Source: Candidatus Latescibacterota bacterium (GTDB lineage Bacteria > Latescibacterota > UBA2968 > UBA8231). From it: a stretch of 64,000 nucleotides of DNA. Both the position numbers and the translations under genes were made by a program. The stretch lies in assembly GCA_965248265.1 (NCBI GenBank), contig CBDFJF010000002.1, forward strand, positions 2,560,001 to 2,624,000. Direction: 5' to 3'. This document shows, one piece after another, positions 28,121-38,339 of the stretch. How positions within the stretch are numbered: the stretch's first letter is position 1; each line of letters begins with the position of its first letter. Under the pieces are notes generated by a model, which saw nothing but the letters and a program-made list of their open reading frames with translations, made no database searches and was not told where the DNA came from.

Positions 28121-28894
28121 CTACACGAGCGCACTCAGGATCAGGTGCTGAATCCAGTCCCTGCCGTCGTTGATGAGGGCGTGCCGGGTGTTGGGTGGGA
28201 TGTAGGCGGCGTCGCCGTCGCGCACATCGAGTGTCTTGTCTCCCAACAACAGCTTGCCGCTGCCTTCGGTGAAGTAATAGATCTGTTCCTTGTTGTCGTG
28301 TTCGTGCACCTCTTCCTGTTTGCCTCCCGGCATCATGTGCATGGTCAATCCGTGGAATCCTTCCAGCGGCGCTTCCTCGTAGGTCCGGTTAGGGAATTGG
28401 CCTTTCTCAGCCAGGATGGACCAACCGACCGCGCCATGGCTCATTCGCGGCAGGCTGTCACGCCAGTTGCGGATCACAGGGTCGACACATCCCCGGTCCG
28501 CCGAGTCTTCTAAACCGTCGCGAGCCCACATGGGGATGGCGCTGATGACGAGGTGGTCGATGAACTCGTCCGAGTCATTGACGATCGAGTGCACGCCCTG
28601 GGCCGGAAGATAGACGGCGTCTCCGTCTGAAACGTCGTGGAACTCATCCCCCAGCTGAACCTTGCCACGCCCCTTGATGATGTAGTAGACGTGCTCCTTG
28701 GCCTTGTGCGAGTGTGCCGGCTCTACCATTCCGGCCTGCAGCATCCGAAAGGTGAGTCCATGCAGGCCTACCAAGGGTGAGACCTCATACGGCTTACCCT
28801 CACCCCTCTCAGTCAGGATCTTCCAGCCAACGGCGCCATGACTGTTGGCCGGCTCTTGATCTCTCCAATTGCGAATGAATGGGGGGTGGTCCAT
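28121..28894 (-). CDS. Bicupin (two cupin domains)
   Basis: Start MDHPPF at 28894 with GAGGTG RBS; HSHKAKEHVYY...GVHSIVN and HEHDNKEQIYY...TRHALIN. Confidence 0.85.
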   Translation of the reverse strand: MDHPPFIRNWRDQEPANSHGAVGWKILTERGEGKPYEVSPLVGLHGLTFRMLQAGMVEPAHSHKAKEHVYYIIKGRGKVQLGDEFHDVSDGDAVYLPAQGVHSIVNDSDEFIDHLVISAIPMWARDGLEDSADRGCVDPVIRNWRDSLPRMSHGAVGWSILAEKGQFPNRTYEEAPLEGFHGLTMHMMPGGKQEEVHEHDNKEQIYYFTEGSGKLLLGDKTLDVRDGDAAYIPPNTRHALINDGRDWIQHLILSALV

Positions 28895-29059
28895 CAGTTG
28901 CACCTCATGGTTAGGGGTCATCGTCGATTGCCGACTGAAAAGAGCCACGCAGCCGATTATTGTCAATGCGCCATTCGATGCAAGCTGGCGGCGCTGATTG
29001 ACTCTGGTTACAATGATCGAAAACGGGAACGAAAAACGAGCACCCGGAGATTCCAGCAC

Positions 29060-30217
29060 ATGTCGCAGGATCCCAAGTACCGCGTCGCCCTCATCGGCGG
29101 CGGCCGCGCCGGGCCGTCGCGCGCCGCGGCCTTCGATGCCCATCCTCTGTGCAAGGTGGTCGCTGTCGCTGACACGGATCCGGAGAACCTGACACTGACT
29201 GCGGGAAGGTTCGATGCCGCCGCCTACGCCACCTTCGACGACATGTTCGCCAACGAGCAGCTCGATATCGTGTTGCCGATCCTGCCGGTGCGGCCCAACG
29301 CCGATGCAGTCGTGGCCGCGGCCGAAGCCGGAGCCAAGGCCATCTTCTGCGAGAAACCGCTGACCGCCTCTCTCGCTGACGCCGACCGTATGGTCGAGGC
29401 CTGCGCCAGTCGCAACATTCCACTGGGGTGCGGGGTCATGGTTTCCTCTCATCCCGACTATCGCAAAGCTTATCGCCTGGCCGCAGACGGCACCATTGGC
29501 CAGGTCGGGCGCATCAACCTCTATGGCAACAACAATCAGGGCGGCTGCCATGGCATGAACCTGGTGCGCAAGTTCGCCGGCAAGGCGGCGATCGAGGAAG
29601 TCATCGGCCGTGTATCCGGTGATCCCCACAGCGACCACGAGGAACCCTACGATGACGCCAAGACGGGGTTCGGTGACGTCGGTGGCTACATCCGCTTCGC
29701 CAATGGCATCGAGGCCTTCCTCAGTCTCGGCGATTTCGGCGTACGCGGGATCGAGGTCATCGGTCCGCGCGGCATGATCGTCAACAGCGACAACACAGGG
29801 CTTGGATTGCAGCTGCGGCTGGCTCCGGAAGGTGGCGGCAGAACCTATCTGACGGAGATGGAGCCGGTGGACGTCGGCTTTGAGCCGCGACCAGTACCCG
29901 GTGCGGAGCGGGGCCGTGACGCGGCTGGATGGATGGATCCCGGGTTCCCCATGTTCAACATAGTCGACGACACCATGCGCGTCCTCGAGGAAGGGGGGGA
30001 ACTGGAGATCACGACGGGTGATGATCTGCGTCACGCCCTGGAGATGAGCATCGCGGTGCGGGAATCGGCACGGCGCGGGCATGCGCCGGTCACCCTTCCG
30101 TTGGAAGACCGGTCTCTGGCGATGTACCCGGAGCGCAGTCGATGGCACTACAAGAAACCGCTCTTGGGCGAGAAAGCCTACATGGATATGCTGGCCCAAC
30201 AAAAAGTAGAAACCTAA
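29060..30217 (+). CDS. Gfo/Idh/MocA family oxidoreductase
   Basis: Start MSQDPKY; VALIGGGRAG, FCEKPLTASLADAD; C-terminus related to 20358..21509. Confidence 0.9.
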   Translation: MSQDPKYRVALIGGGRAGPSRAAAFDAHPLCKVVAVADTDPENLTLTAGRFDAAAYATFDDMFANEQLDIVLPILPVRPNADAVVAAAEAGAKAIFCEKPLTASLADADRMVEACASRNIPLGCGVMVSSHPDYRKAYRLAADGTIGQVGRINLYGNNNQGGCHGMNLVRKFAGKAAIEEVIGRVSGDPHSDHEEPYDDAKTGFGDVGGYIRFANGIEAFLSLGDFGVRGIEVIGPRGMIVNSDNTGLGLQLRLAPEGGGRTYLTEMEPVDVGFEPRPVPGAERGRDAAGWMDPGFPMFNIVDDTMRVLEEGGELEITTGDDLRHALEMSIAVRESARRGHAPVTLPLEDRSLAMYPERSRWHYKKPLLGEKAYMDMLAQQKVET

Positions 30218-30235
30218 AAAAGGAGCCGTACCCCC

Positions 30236-32269
30236 GTGAGTGACATGAATCAGTTGCCGAACATCACCGCGACGCGAGTGGCGGCGCCACCGTCGTGGGC
30301 CTTGATGGAGAGAAACCTGATCGCGCAGATGGACGAAGCCGCGCCGTTGAGGTTCCGCCAGGCGGCGGAGCGCGGCGGGGCCATCCTCTACGCCGAAGAC
30401 TACGATGATCTCTGGGAGCAGTTCGCCAACTGGGGGCTCTACTACGGCCTCGGTGGCAGCGATGAGGTGCTGGAGATGGCGGCGACGATGTGGAACGCGA
30501 CGGCCCGCATCAGCGATGATCAGATTGTCCACCGAACCCGCTTCAACGATGGGAAAAAGACCTTTCGTCCGTCGGGACACCGGGAGTACTGGAATTACAC
30601 CCAGGCGATGGAGTGGCATCACCTGGGCGAGGGGCTGATGGCGTTCTACGACTTCGGCGTCGCCGACCCGACGATCTCGGAGATGGCCCGGCGCGCGCAG
30701 ACCTTTGCCGGCTTCTACACCGGCGAGGATCCCGAAGCGCCCAACTACGATCCTGAGCACAAGATCCTGCGATCTCCCTTCCAATCGAGTCAGGGACCAC
30801 GGCTGGAAGCGGAAGCGGAATACGCGCACGCCATGCTGCTGGCCGGGCGCTGGCTGGGAAGCGAGGTCAACTACTACGGAGTCCGGGCAAGCCTGTACCC
30901 CATCGTCGAGGATCTGGAATTGAACTGGTGGGAGGACCCTGCCCGGCGCGAGGAGATCGTCGCGCTGTTCAACAAGCTCATCATGCAGTCGGATACCCCG
31001 AACAATCTGGCTGCAACGGCATTGATAACGCACGCCTACCTGTACACAGGGGACGATAAATACAAACGCTGGGTCCTCGACTACACCGAAGCCTGGATGG
31101 AGCGTGCCAAGAAGAACGGCGGAATCATGCCTGACAACGTCGGACCCACTGGCAAGGTCGGCGAACACCGCAACGGCAATTTCTGGGGTGGCCAGTACGG
31201 CTGGAACCACTACCAGGGCTTCAGCATCATGTTCCACGGCCTCAGCATCGCAGCCGAATGTGCATTGCTACTGTCCGGTGATTTCGGCTATGTCGACGTG
31301 TTGCGCAGCCAGATCAAGGTGTTGATGGAGGCTTCCATCACCCGTGACGACGGTCAACTGATCATGCCGACGCGGTATGGTCCTTCGGGGTGGCAGTACG
31401 ATCCGCCACTGCCTCGGCGTGAGGACACCATCGTGCCGATGCGTCATGTCTATACCGGCCCCTTGCCCTGGCGTATGCAGGAGTTGGCACATCTCTACCA
31501 TGCATCGATGGCGCAGGAGGATTACGAGCTGATAGATCGCGTCCGCCAGGGAGAAGTTGAGCGCGATTGGAATGAGGTCGGGACGGTCGGCAGTGAAAAG
31601 AACGGCGGGCAGACCGAATTCGCCCGGTTCCAATATTATGACGGCAAGAATCCCGACTGGCCGGAGAAAATTCTGACGGCCGAGACCAACTGGTCACTGG
31701 AGGCACTGGAAGAGATTCGCCACGACCAGCGCACCGTGTTCGAGCGTCTGGAGGTGAACGCGTTTCCACCCAATCCCATCGTCACCAAGGGACTGACCCA
31801 ACTGACGACGGGAGCGCCCCAGTCGGTCTTCAACGGCGGTCTGCTGCGCTCGACGGTCAGGTACTTCGATTGTGATGAACAGCGGCCCGGCATGCCGCGC
31901 GACGTCGCCGCCCTCGTCGACCACCTGGCCGCCGATGCGGTGGGGGTCCAGCTGGTGAACTGCAACCGCTACGAATCTCGCCGTCTGATCGTCCAGGCCG
32001 GCGCCTTCGGTGAGCATACCTTCACCGAGGTGCGGACGGAAAGCGCGGAAGAGGGCGCAAGTCCGACGGTGACGGCCGTCAATGGTCAGTACGTGGCCGT
32101 CGAATTGCCGCCATCGGCACAGGTCCGTCTCGATGCTGGCCTGTCCCGCTTCAGTAACAAGCCCAGCTACGCCTTCCCCTGGCACGGCGGCGAGATCCCG
32201 ATTCCGTTTCCGGTAGACCCCGGCGCGGAAGGCCGTTCGGGATCGGCCTACATAGCACCGAAGAGTTGA
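30236..32269 (+). CDS. Family X hypothetical protein, paralog X2
   Basis: Same motif set as 18351..20339; AAGGAG RBS. Confidence 0.9.
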   Translation: MSDMNQLPNITATRVAAPPSWALMERNLIAQMDEAAPLRFRQAAERGGAILYAEDYDDLWEQFANWGLYYGLGGSDEVLEMAATMWNATARISDDQIVHRTRFNDGKKTFRPSGHREYWNYTQAMEWHHLGEGLMAFYDFGVADPTISEMARRAQTFAGFYTGEDPEAPNYDPEHKILRSPFQSSQGPRLEAEAEYAHAMLLAGRWLGSEVNYYGVRASLYPIVEDLELNWWEDPARREEIVALFNKLIMQSDTPNNLAATALITHAYLYTGDDKYKRWVLDYTEAWMERAKKNGGIMPDNVGPTGKVGEHRNGNFWGGQYGWNHYQGFSIMFHGLSIAAECALLLSGDFGYVDVLRSQIKVLMEASITRDDGQLIMPTRYGPSGWQYDPPLPRREDTIVPMRHVYTGPLPWRMQELAHLYHASMAQEDYELIDRVRQGEVERDWNEVGTVGSEKNGGQTEFARFQYYDGKNPDWPEKILTAETNWSLEALEEIRHDQRTVFERLEVNAFPPNPIVTKGLTQLTTGAPQSVFNGGLLRSTVRYFDCDEQRPGMPRDVAALVDHLAADAVGVQLVNCNRYESRRLIVQAGAFGEHTFTEVRTESAEEGASPTVTAVNGQYVAVELPPSAQVRLDAGLSRFSNKPSYAFPWHGGEIPIPFPVDPGAEGRSGSAYIAPKS

Positions 32270-34311
32270 TGCCGCCGCCCACCTCGCCGGGCCGGTGGAC
32301 GCCGCAGGAGATGATGCGGGTCCGGCAGGTGGGTGACGTGCAGGTTTCGTCCGACGGCCGGCGTGTCCTCTTCACGGTTACGATGGCCGTGACAGGGGAG
32401 TGGCCGGATGATGAAGGCGCACGCGCCTCGGGCCGTTCCCGGCAGACTTCGAAGGCAGGCGTTTCCAGTTCGCCTCGAGGGTACTCAACCCACATCCACC
32501 TGGCTGAAGCCGACGGCACCACATCCGTCCAGCTCACCTTCGGCGATCATTCGACGGTGCGTCCGAGCTGGTCCCCCGACGGAGAGCGGGTCTGCTTTGT
32601 TTCAGACCGTCTCGGCAGCAGAGATCTCTACGTGCTGCCGCTGGCCGGAGGCGAAGCCCTGCAACTGACAGCTACGGCGAATGGCGTGGGCAACTACAAG
32701 TGGTCACCCGATGGCAGATTCGTCGCCTTCACCACGGAAGACGTGAAACAGGACGGCGCTCGTCACACCCGCGGTGAGGCGCGGGTGATCGGCACCAGCT
32801 CGGCGATGAATCACCTGTGGATTGTTGCGGTCGATGCGTTCCCTATCCCGGCCGAACCCAGGCGACTCACCCAAGGCGATTTCAACGTCGACCCGGATTT
32901 TCCCGAAGGCTTCAACTGGTCACCCGATGGCAGCACCATCGCCTTCTCCCACTCTCCGACCCCGCAGGAAGGCAACCGCTGGCCCGTCTTCGGTGACATC
33001 TCGACCGTCGGGGTGGCGAGTGGAGCGGTGGAATGCATAGTCGAGACGGACGCTACGTCCTTCGGGCCTGTGTACTCCCCCGACGGCGAATGGTTGGCCT
33101 ACGCTCATGTCGAACGTCCGACATGGCCGGGTATCGGTGACCTCTGCATCGTGCCGGCCTCCGGCGGGGAGTCTAGACGGCTGCACGCCACCTTCGACCG
33201 CAAGCCGCTGCCGCTGGGTTGGTCGGCCGAGGGAGACCGGATCTACTACATCGATACCCTTCGGACTTTCGCGCGGGTCGGCGCCTTGCCGGCCGACGGC
33301 AGCCAACCCCAAGACTTGGGGCCGCAGGACCGGGTTCTCTCCAGCGCATACCTGAATCACACACGCACCCACATCGGTTGCGTCTTCGAGGACCTGGAGA
33401 GCCCTCCTGAGGCATTCGTGCTGGAGCTGGAGAATCAGCCGTCCCACACACAATCTCCTGACCGATTGTCTGCGGCGCTGCGGCAGGCAAGCACGGCAAA
33501 CTCAGGACTGGCGGATCATCCACTGGGACGTACTTCATTAATCACGTGGGAATCCACGGATGGGGAGGAGGTCGAGGGATTGCTGACGTATCCCGTCGAC
33601 TACGAACCGGGCAGAGCCTGCCCGTTGATCGTGGATCTTCACGGTGGCCCGCACTGGTTCTTCTCCCAGGTATTCGTCGCCAATCCGCAGCCATACCAGT
33701 TTCCGCTCGCCGCCTTCGCCGCCTCAGGCTACGCCGTACTGCGCTGCAACATCCGTGGATCCGGCGGGTACGGCCCCGAGTTTCGCTTCGCCGTGATGGA
33801 GGATCTTGGGGGCGTCGATTTCGATGACGTCACGGCGGGAGTGGATTATGTGATCGAGATCGGGGTGGCTGATCCCGAGCGCCTCGGGATTCTGGGTTGG
33901 AGCTACGGCGCCTACCTCAGCGCCTGGGCGATGACGCAGACGAGCCGCTTCAAAGCGGCCTGCATGCTGGCGCCGGTTACCAACCTGATCAGCTTCACAG
34001 GCACGACGGACAACCACGAGTTGCTGCCGGGCTACCTGAGAACAGAACACTGGGATGATCCCGCACTCTTTCTCTCGCGCTCGCCGGTGATGCAGGCCAG
34101 TGGCGTGACCACCCCCGCTCTGTTTCTGCACGGTGAGGCAGACACCCGGGTCCCGATATCACAGTCTTTCGAGTTGTACGATGCGCTGCGGCAACAGGGA
34201 TGTGAGGCGCAGATGGTCGCCTACCCGCGTATGGGGCACGTGCCTGTCGAGTCCGATCATCTCCTGGATATCATGGAGCGGACGCTGGCCTGGTTCGATC
34301 GGTTTCTGTGA
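32266..34311 (+). CDS. S9 family serine peptidase (prolyl oligopeptidase/acylaminoacyl peptidase) with PD40 propeller
   Basis: WSPDG repeats, HGGP, GWSYG nucleophile, HGEADTRVP, MGH. Confidence 0.92.
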   Translation: MMPPPTSPGRWTPQEMMRVRQVGDVQVSSDGRRVLFTVTMAVTGEWPDDEGARASGRSRQTSKAGVSSSPRGYSTHIHLAEADGTTSVQLTFGDHSTVRPSWSPDGERVCFVSDRLGSRDLYVLPLAGGEALQLTATANGVGNYKWSPDGRFVAFTTEDVKQDGARHTRGEARVIGTSSAMNHLWIVAVDAFPIPAEPRRLTQGDFNVDPDFPEGFNWSPDGSTIAFSHSPTPQEGNRWPVFGDISTVGVASGAVECIVETDATSFGPVYSPDGEWLAYAHVERPTWPGIGDLCIVPASGGESRRLHATFDRKPLPLGWSAEGDRIYYIDTLRTFARVGALPADGSQPQDLGPQDRVLSSAYLNHTRTHIGCVFEDLESPPEAFVLELENQPSHTQSPDRLSAALRQASTANSGLADHPLGRTSLITWESTDGEEVEGLLTYPVDYEPGRACPLIVDLHGGPHWFFSQVFVANPQPYQFPLAAFAASGYAVLRCNIRGSGGYGPEFRFAVMEDLGGVDFDDVTAGVDYVIEIGVADPERLGILGWSYGAYLSAWAMTQTSRFKAACMLAPVTNLISFTGTTDNHELLPGYLRTEHWDDPALFLSRSPVMQASGVTTPALFLHGEADTRVPISQSFELYDALRQQGCEAQMVAYPRMGHVPVESDHLLDIMERTLAWFDRFL

Positions 34312-34337
34312 TGTCAACCTATTTCTGAGACGGGACA

Positions 34338-35351
34338 CTAACTCCACGCGGAGATTTCGTCGCGCAGCTCCTTGGAGATGCCCTCGTCGCGGGCGCGGAT
34401 GGCGTTGTCGATGTGGGCGATGGTGCGGGCACCGACAAGTACCGAGGTGATGTCGGAATTGCCCAGGACCCAAGACATGGCCAGGTAGACCATGGACTCG
34501 TTCAGCTCGCTGGCCTTCTCCCGCAGTCGTTCCAGCACGCGGAAATTGCGATCGCTGAAATAGACGTCGGCGTGCGCGGGAGAGATGTCGAAGCGAGTCC
34601 CCTTCGGGAAGTTGTGGCGCTCTTCAGTCCGTTCGTACTTCCCCGACAGGAATCCCGCTGCCAGCGGGCTGTAGGTCAGCGTCGCGATCTTCTCGCGCCT
34701 GCACAGGGGTAACAATTCTGGCTCGATGCTGCGATCGCCCAGACTGTACGGCGGTTCGATGACCTCAAACCGGGGGTATCCCTTTTCGCGGCTGACGTCG
34801 ACTGCCTCCTGAACCTGCGCGGCCGAGTGATTGCTGCAGCCGATCGCCTTGAGGTGGCCGGCGCTGACCTGTTCGTCGAGGGCGTCGAGGGTTTCTTCCA
34901 GCGGTACTTCGGCATCGTGATCGTGCAACATGTAGATGTCAATCTGATCGATCATCAGTCGGTCCAGGCTTGCCTGGACCTGTGTTCTGATGTTTTCGGC
35001 ACTGTTGCCGCTGCTGACCTTAGTACACAGCAGCACCTCGTCACGGCAGCCGCGATCCTTCATCCAGCGGGCGATGATTTTTTCTCCCGAGTACATCTCC
35101 GTCGTTACTTCGCGGACGTCGTCAACGCCGTAGTACGACTTGCGTCCGGCCTGCGAGTTACCCCCTCCATACGCCTCGGCGGTATCGAGGAGGTTGATGC
35201 CCTGTTCCAGAGAGTAGTCGAGGAGTTGCCAGGACATCTCTTCGTCGATCTCTCGGCCAAAGGTGCCCGAGCCGAGAGACAGTCTACCGGTAGTCATGCC
35301 GCTACGTCCGAGCGGTTCCTGAGGATTCGTCGATCGTGCCAAAGAATTCAC
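34338..35351 (-). CDS. Aldo/keto reductase
   Basis: LDTAEAYG, CTKV, DIYMLH, IGCSNH, YSPLAAG. Confidence 0.92.
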   Translation of the reverse strand: MNSLARSTNPQEPLGRSGMTTGRLSLGSGTFGREIDEEMSWQLLDYSLEQGINLLDTAEAYGGGNSQAGRKSYYGVDDVREVTTEMYSGEKIIARWMKDRGCRDEVLLCTKVSSGNSAENIRTQVQASLDRLMIDQIDIYMLHDHDAEVPLEETLDALDEQVSAGHLKAIGCSNHSAAQVQEAVDVSREKGYPRFEVIEPPYSLGDRSIEPELLPLCRREKIATLTYSPLAAGFLSGKYERTEERHNFPKGTRFDISPAHADVYFSDRNFRVLERLREKASELNESMVYLAMSWVLGNSDITSVLVGARTIAHIDNAIRARDEGISKELRDEISAWS

Positions 35352-35439
35352 TCTCCTTGAATCAGTTGGAGGTCAGCGCCAGGTCGATCCCGATCTGAGT
35401 CGCGATATCTGCAGGCCTCGGCATTGACCAGGCCGGTTC

Positions 35440-36276
35440 TTACTCGACCCAGTGGTTGTACAGAGGTTTGGCGCTTTCTGCCAGGTTGTCGAATGCCTGC
35501 TGTGAAAGCAACGGCACGCCGCGTTGTGGATTTCCGGACAAGCTCACGAGATCTTCGCGCAGGCCGGGACCCGGCCGGAACATGTCGAGGTTGAGCCACC
35601 AGGGTGCGTAGCGGATGGCGATGGCAACCCGTCTTTCGCTCGATGAGTTGACGTTGGGGCTGTGCCACATACGGCTGTCGAACATGACGACATCACCGGC
35701 GTTGCCAGTTACCAGGTATTCCGTGGGGTAGGGCGAGGTCGGGTCTACGCCAATATCGGAGGTAGGGTTGTTCGTCGTGCGGTGGCTGCCGGGGACAACC
35801 AGGGTACCGCCGTTCTCCTCCGTGAACGGGGACAACATGAACAAGGTTGTCAGGTGTATGCAGGCATCCGGGTAGGGTGCAGGTATGCGGCCGGCGTTGT
35901 TCTGGTTGAACGGCACATCGGCGTGCCAAGCGCCGCGGGGTTTACCCGGCTCATTGATTGTGGCCGAGGTATTGGAAATCCGGATAGGCGGTCCCCACAG
36001 GGCCTCGGCAAGTTCAATGATCCTCGAATCCCCCACGTAATCGGTGAAGGATTGGTCGAAGGCAGCCAATCCAGCCAGGTGGCTGACCCCTAGATAGGTC
36101 TCCGGGTTTTCTTTGAAATGCTGGTCAGTCGTAGCGGCGACGCTGTCTCTAACGCTCTCCACCTTGTCAGCAGGAATGACTGCGTCGAACATGCAGAAGC
36201 CGTCGGTCTGAAGTTGCCTCAACCGCTCAGCCGTAGCCACCTCACTGACCGTTGGGTTCGGTGATTGGTTGGACAT
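35440..36276 (-). CDS. PhyH-family Fe/2OG dioxygenase
   Basis: WHAD, NGGTLVVPGSH, FDSRMWH, RVA. Confidence 0.9.
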   Translation of the reverse strand: MSNQSPNPTVSEVATAERLRQLQTDGFCMFDAVIPADKVESVRDSVAATTDQHFKENPETYLGVSHLAGLAAFDQSFTDYVGDSRIIELAEALWGPPIRISNTSATINEPGKPRGAWHADVPFNQNNAGRIPAPYPDACIHLTTLFMLSPFTEENGGTLVVPGSHRTTNNPTSDIGVDPTSPYPTEYLVTGNAGDVVMFDSRMWHSPNVNSSSERRVAIAIRYAPWWLNLDMFRPGPGLREDLVSLSGNPQRGVPLLSQQAFDNLAESAKPLYNHWVE

Positions 36277-36288
36277 CCTTCCTGCCTC

Positions 36289-38328
36289 CTACTCGATTGG
36301 AACAGCGTCCCCGTGCCAGGGGAAGGCGTAGCTCGGATCGTTGGCGAAGCGCTTGAGACCGCAATCCAGCCGCACCGAGGTCATCGGCGGCAGGCTAACG
36401 GAGAAATGCTTGCCATCCACCTTCGCCGTATCCTCGGTCGAGCTTTTTTCCGAGCGCGCCCGCCTGTTCGGATTGAGATCGTCATTGCTCAGCGCCGTAC
36501 CTGAACTCTTGACGCTGGTGAATGAGTGCTCGCTGAAAGCACCCGACTGGACAATCAGATTACGGGTGTCGCTGTGACTCGTGTTAACCAGCTGTATCCC
36601 CAGACCATCAGCAGAAAGCTCATCGACGAGCGCGGCGACGTCCGGCGGTAGCCCCGGCCGGGTCGCGTCGCTGTCGAAGTAGCGGACGTTGGCACGCAAT
36701 ATACCCCCATTGTAGAGCTGCGCCGGAGAACCCATCGTCGTCTGCACCAGTCCCTTGATGATGACGGGATTCGGCGGCCAGGCGTTCTCTTCTATGATTT
36801 CCTGGACCGTGCGGGTGTCGCGCTGCATGCCTTCCAGGTGGTCGGCGACCAGCTGGTAGTCGGCCCGCAGGCACTCGGCCGGCCAGTCCGGGTTCTTGCC
36901 GTCGTAGTACTGGAAGCGGGCGCCCTCGCAGCGGGCCCCCCCGCGATCACCGATCTGGGGAAGCTCGTTCCAGTCTGTGGCGCTGCCGTCGCGGACCCGC
37001 GTCACCAGCTCGTAGTCATCCGCCGACATCGACTCGTGCCACAGGTTCACCAGGTGGGTTGGGCCACCCCGGACTGTGAATTCCTGATAGCTGTACCAGC
37101 CATCGGGGCCATGGCTCTTGGGGACGACCAGGGCGCCATCCTCCGTTTTTGCCCTGTCCAGGAGTGCGACGATTTGAGAACGGAGGACCTCCAGATACTC
37201 GTCATCGCCGCTGAGCAGATGGGCGCACTGGGCGCCGACGATGAGGCCGAGAAAGAGTCGATCGGCCGCGCCCTCACTGCTGCTCCAGCCGTGCAGACCA
37301 CCCCACCACTGGCCATCGCGCTGCTCGCCGACTTTGCCCGTGGGCCCGACGTTGTCGGGTGTGACGCCGTCGTTCTTGCGAATGCGGTCTATCCAACTGG
37401 CCACGTAGTCGAGGACCCACTTCTTGTACTTCTCATCACCGGTGTAGAGGTAGGCGTTGGTCACCAGTGCCGTCGAGACCATGCCGGCGGGTTCATCTCC
37501 TTGTAAGGCCATCTTGTCGAAGATGTCGAGAATCTCCTCGCGTCGCGCCTCGTCTTCGTACCAACGCGGCTCGAGTTCCTTGATCACGGGGTAAAGGAAA
37601 TGGGGTGTCAGCGGCTCCTTGCTGGGGTTGTCCTGCAGGACGTTGCGATGGCCGAAGTCGCCGAGCGAGCCGCGGTCGAGCCAGTGCCTGACCAAATGCA
37701 CGTGATCGGAGACCGTGCCGCCCCGTTGGACGATGTTCGAGTGCTGGCGCGAGGAGGTCATAGGCCCGGCGCCGCCGTGCAAAGGAGAGCGGAAGACCCC
37801 GTGCTCCGGGTCGAAGTTGGGAGCCTTGGGGTCTTCGCCGATGTACATCGCTGCGAATCGCCGCGCGCGCTCCCGATTCGACGGGTTCGTCGGGTCGGCG
37901 ACGCCGAAGTCGTAGAGCATCTGGTTGCCCTCGCCCATGTGGAACCAGTCGGCGTTGAAGGGGACGCTCAGGTTCCAGTACTCGTTGCGCAGCTGGGGCA
38001 TGTACATCGGGTGCATCGGGTCTTCATCGGTCAACTGACGCTCTTCACTGTAGAGCCAGGTGATGGCGTCCCACTCGCGCTTGGCGATGTGGAGGAAACG
38101 CTCGTCGCCGCCCAATGCGTACAGCATGGCGCGCATGGAGCGGCTCTCGTAGGCATCGTCGACGTCGAAGAAATGGTAAACCCGGCCATCGGAACGGGCG
38201 TAGCCCTCAGTGGCCATGTCGCCGGCCTTCTCGAGAATGCTGAACAGCTGGCGCTGTAGCAGCGCCCATTCGGGCGGCGGAGCGATGGTGGTTGCCGTGA
38301 TCGTAGGCATGCTCTTTTTCTTGGCCAT
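36289..38328 (-). CDS. Family X hypothetical protein, paralog X3
   Basis: Same motif set; DWFHMGEG variant. Confidence 0.9.
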   Translation of the reverse strand: MAKKKSMPTITATTIAPPPEWALLQRQLFSILEKAGDMATEGYARSDGRVYHFFDVDDAYESRSMRAMLYALGGDERFLHIAKREWDAITWLYSEERQLTDEDPMHPMYMPQLRNEYWNLSVPFNADWFHMGEGNQMLYDFGVADPTNPSNRERARRFAAMYIGEDPKAPNFDPEHGVFRSPLHGGAGPMTSSRQHSNIVQRGGTVSDHVHLVRHWLDRGSLGDFGHRNVLQDNPSKEPLTPHFLYPVIKELEPRWYEDEARREEILDIFDKMALQGDEPAGMVSTALVTNAYLYTGDEKYKKWVLDYVASWIDRIRKNDGVTPDNVGPTGKVGEQRDGQWWGGLHGWSSSEGAADRLFLGLIVGAQCAHLLSGDDEYLEVLRSQIVALLDRAKTEDGALVVPKSHGPDGWYSYQEFTVRGGPTHLVNLWHESMSADDYELVTRVRDGSATDWNELPQIGDRGGARCEGARFQYYDGKNPDWPAECLRADYQLVADHLEGMQRDTRTVQEIIEENAWPPNPVIIKGLVQTTMGSPAQLYNGGILRANVRYFDSDATRPGLPPDVAALVDELSADGLGIQLVNTSHSDTRNLIVQSGAFSEHSFTSVKSSGTALSNDDLNPNRRARSEKSSTEDTAKVDGKHFSVSLPPMTSVRLDCGLKRFANDPSYAFPWHGDAVPIE

Positions 38329-38339
38329 GGCTGGTTCCT

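Noticed and set aside
28895-31237. Upstream part of the 1038-aa minus-strand ORF
   Set aside because: Antisense shadow of the Gfo and X2 genes; only 28121..28894 has cupin motifs and an RBS
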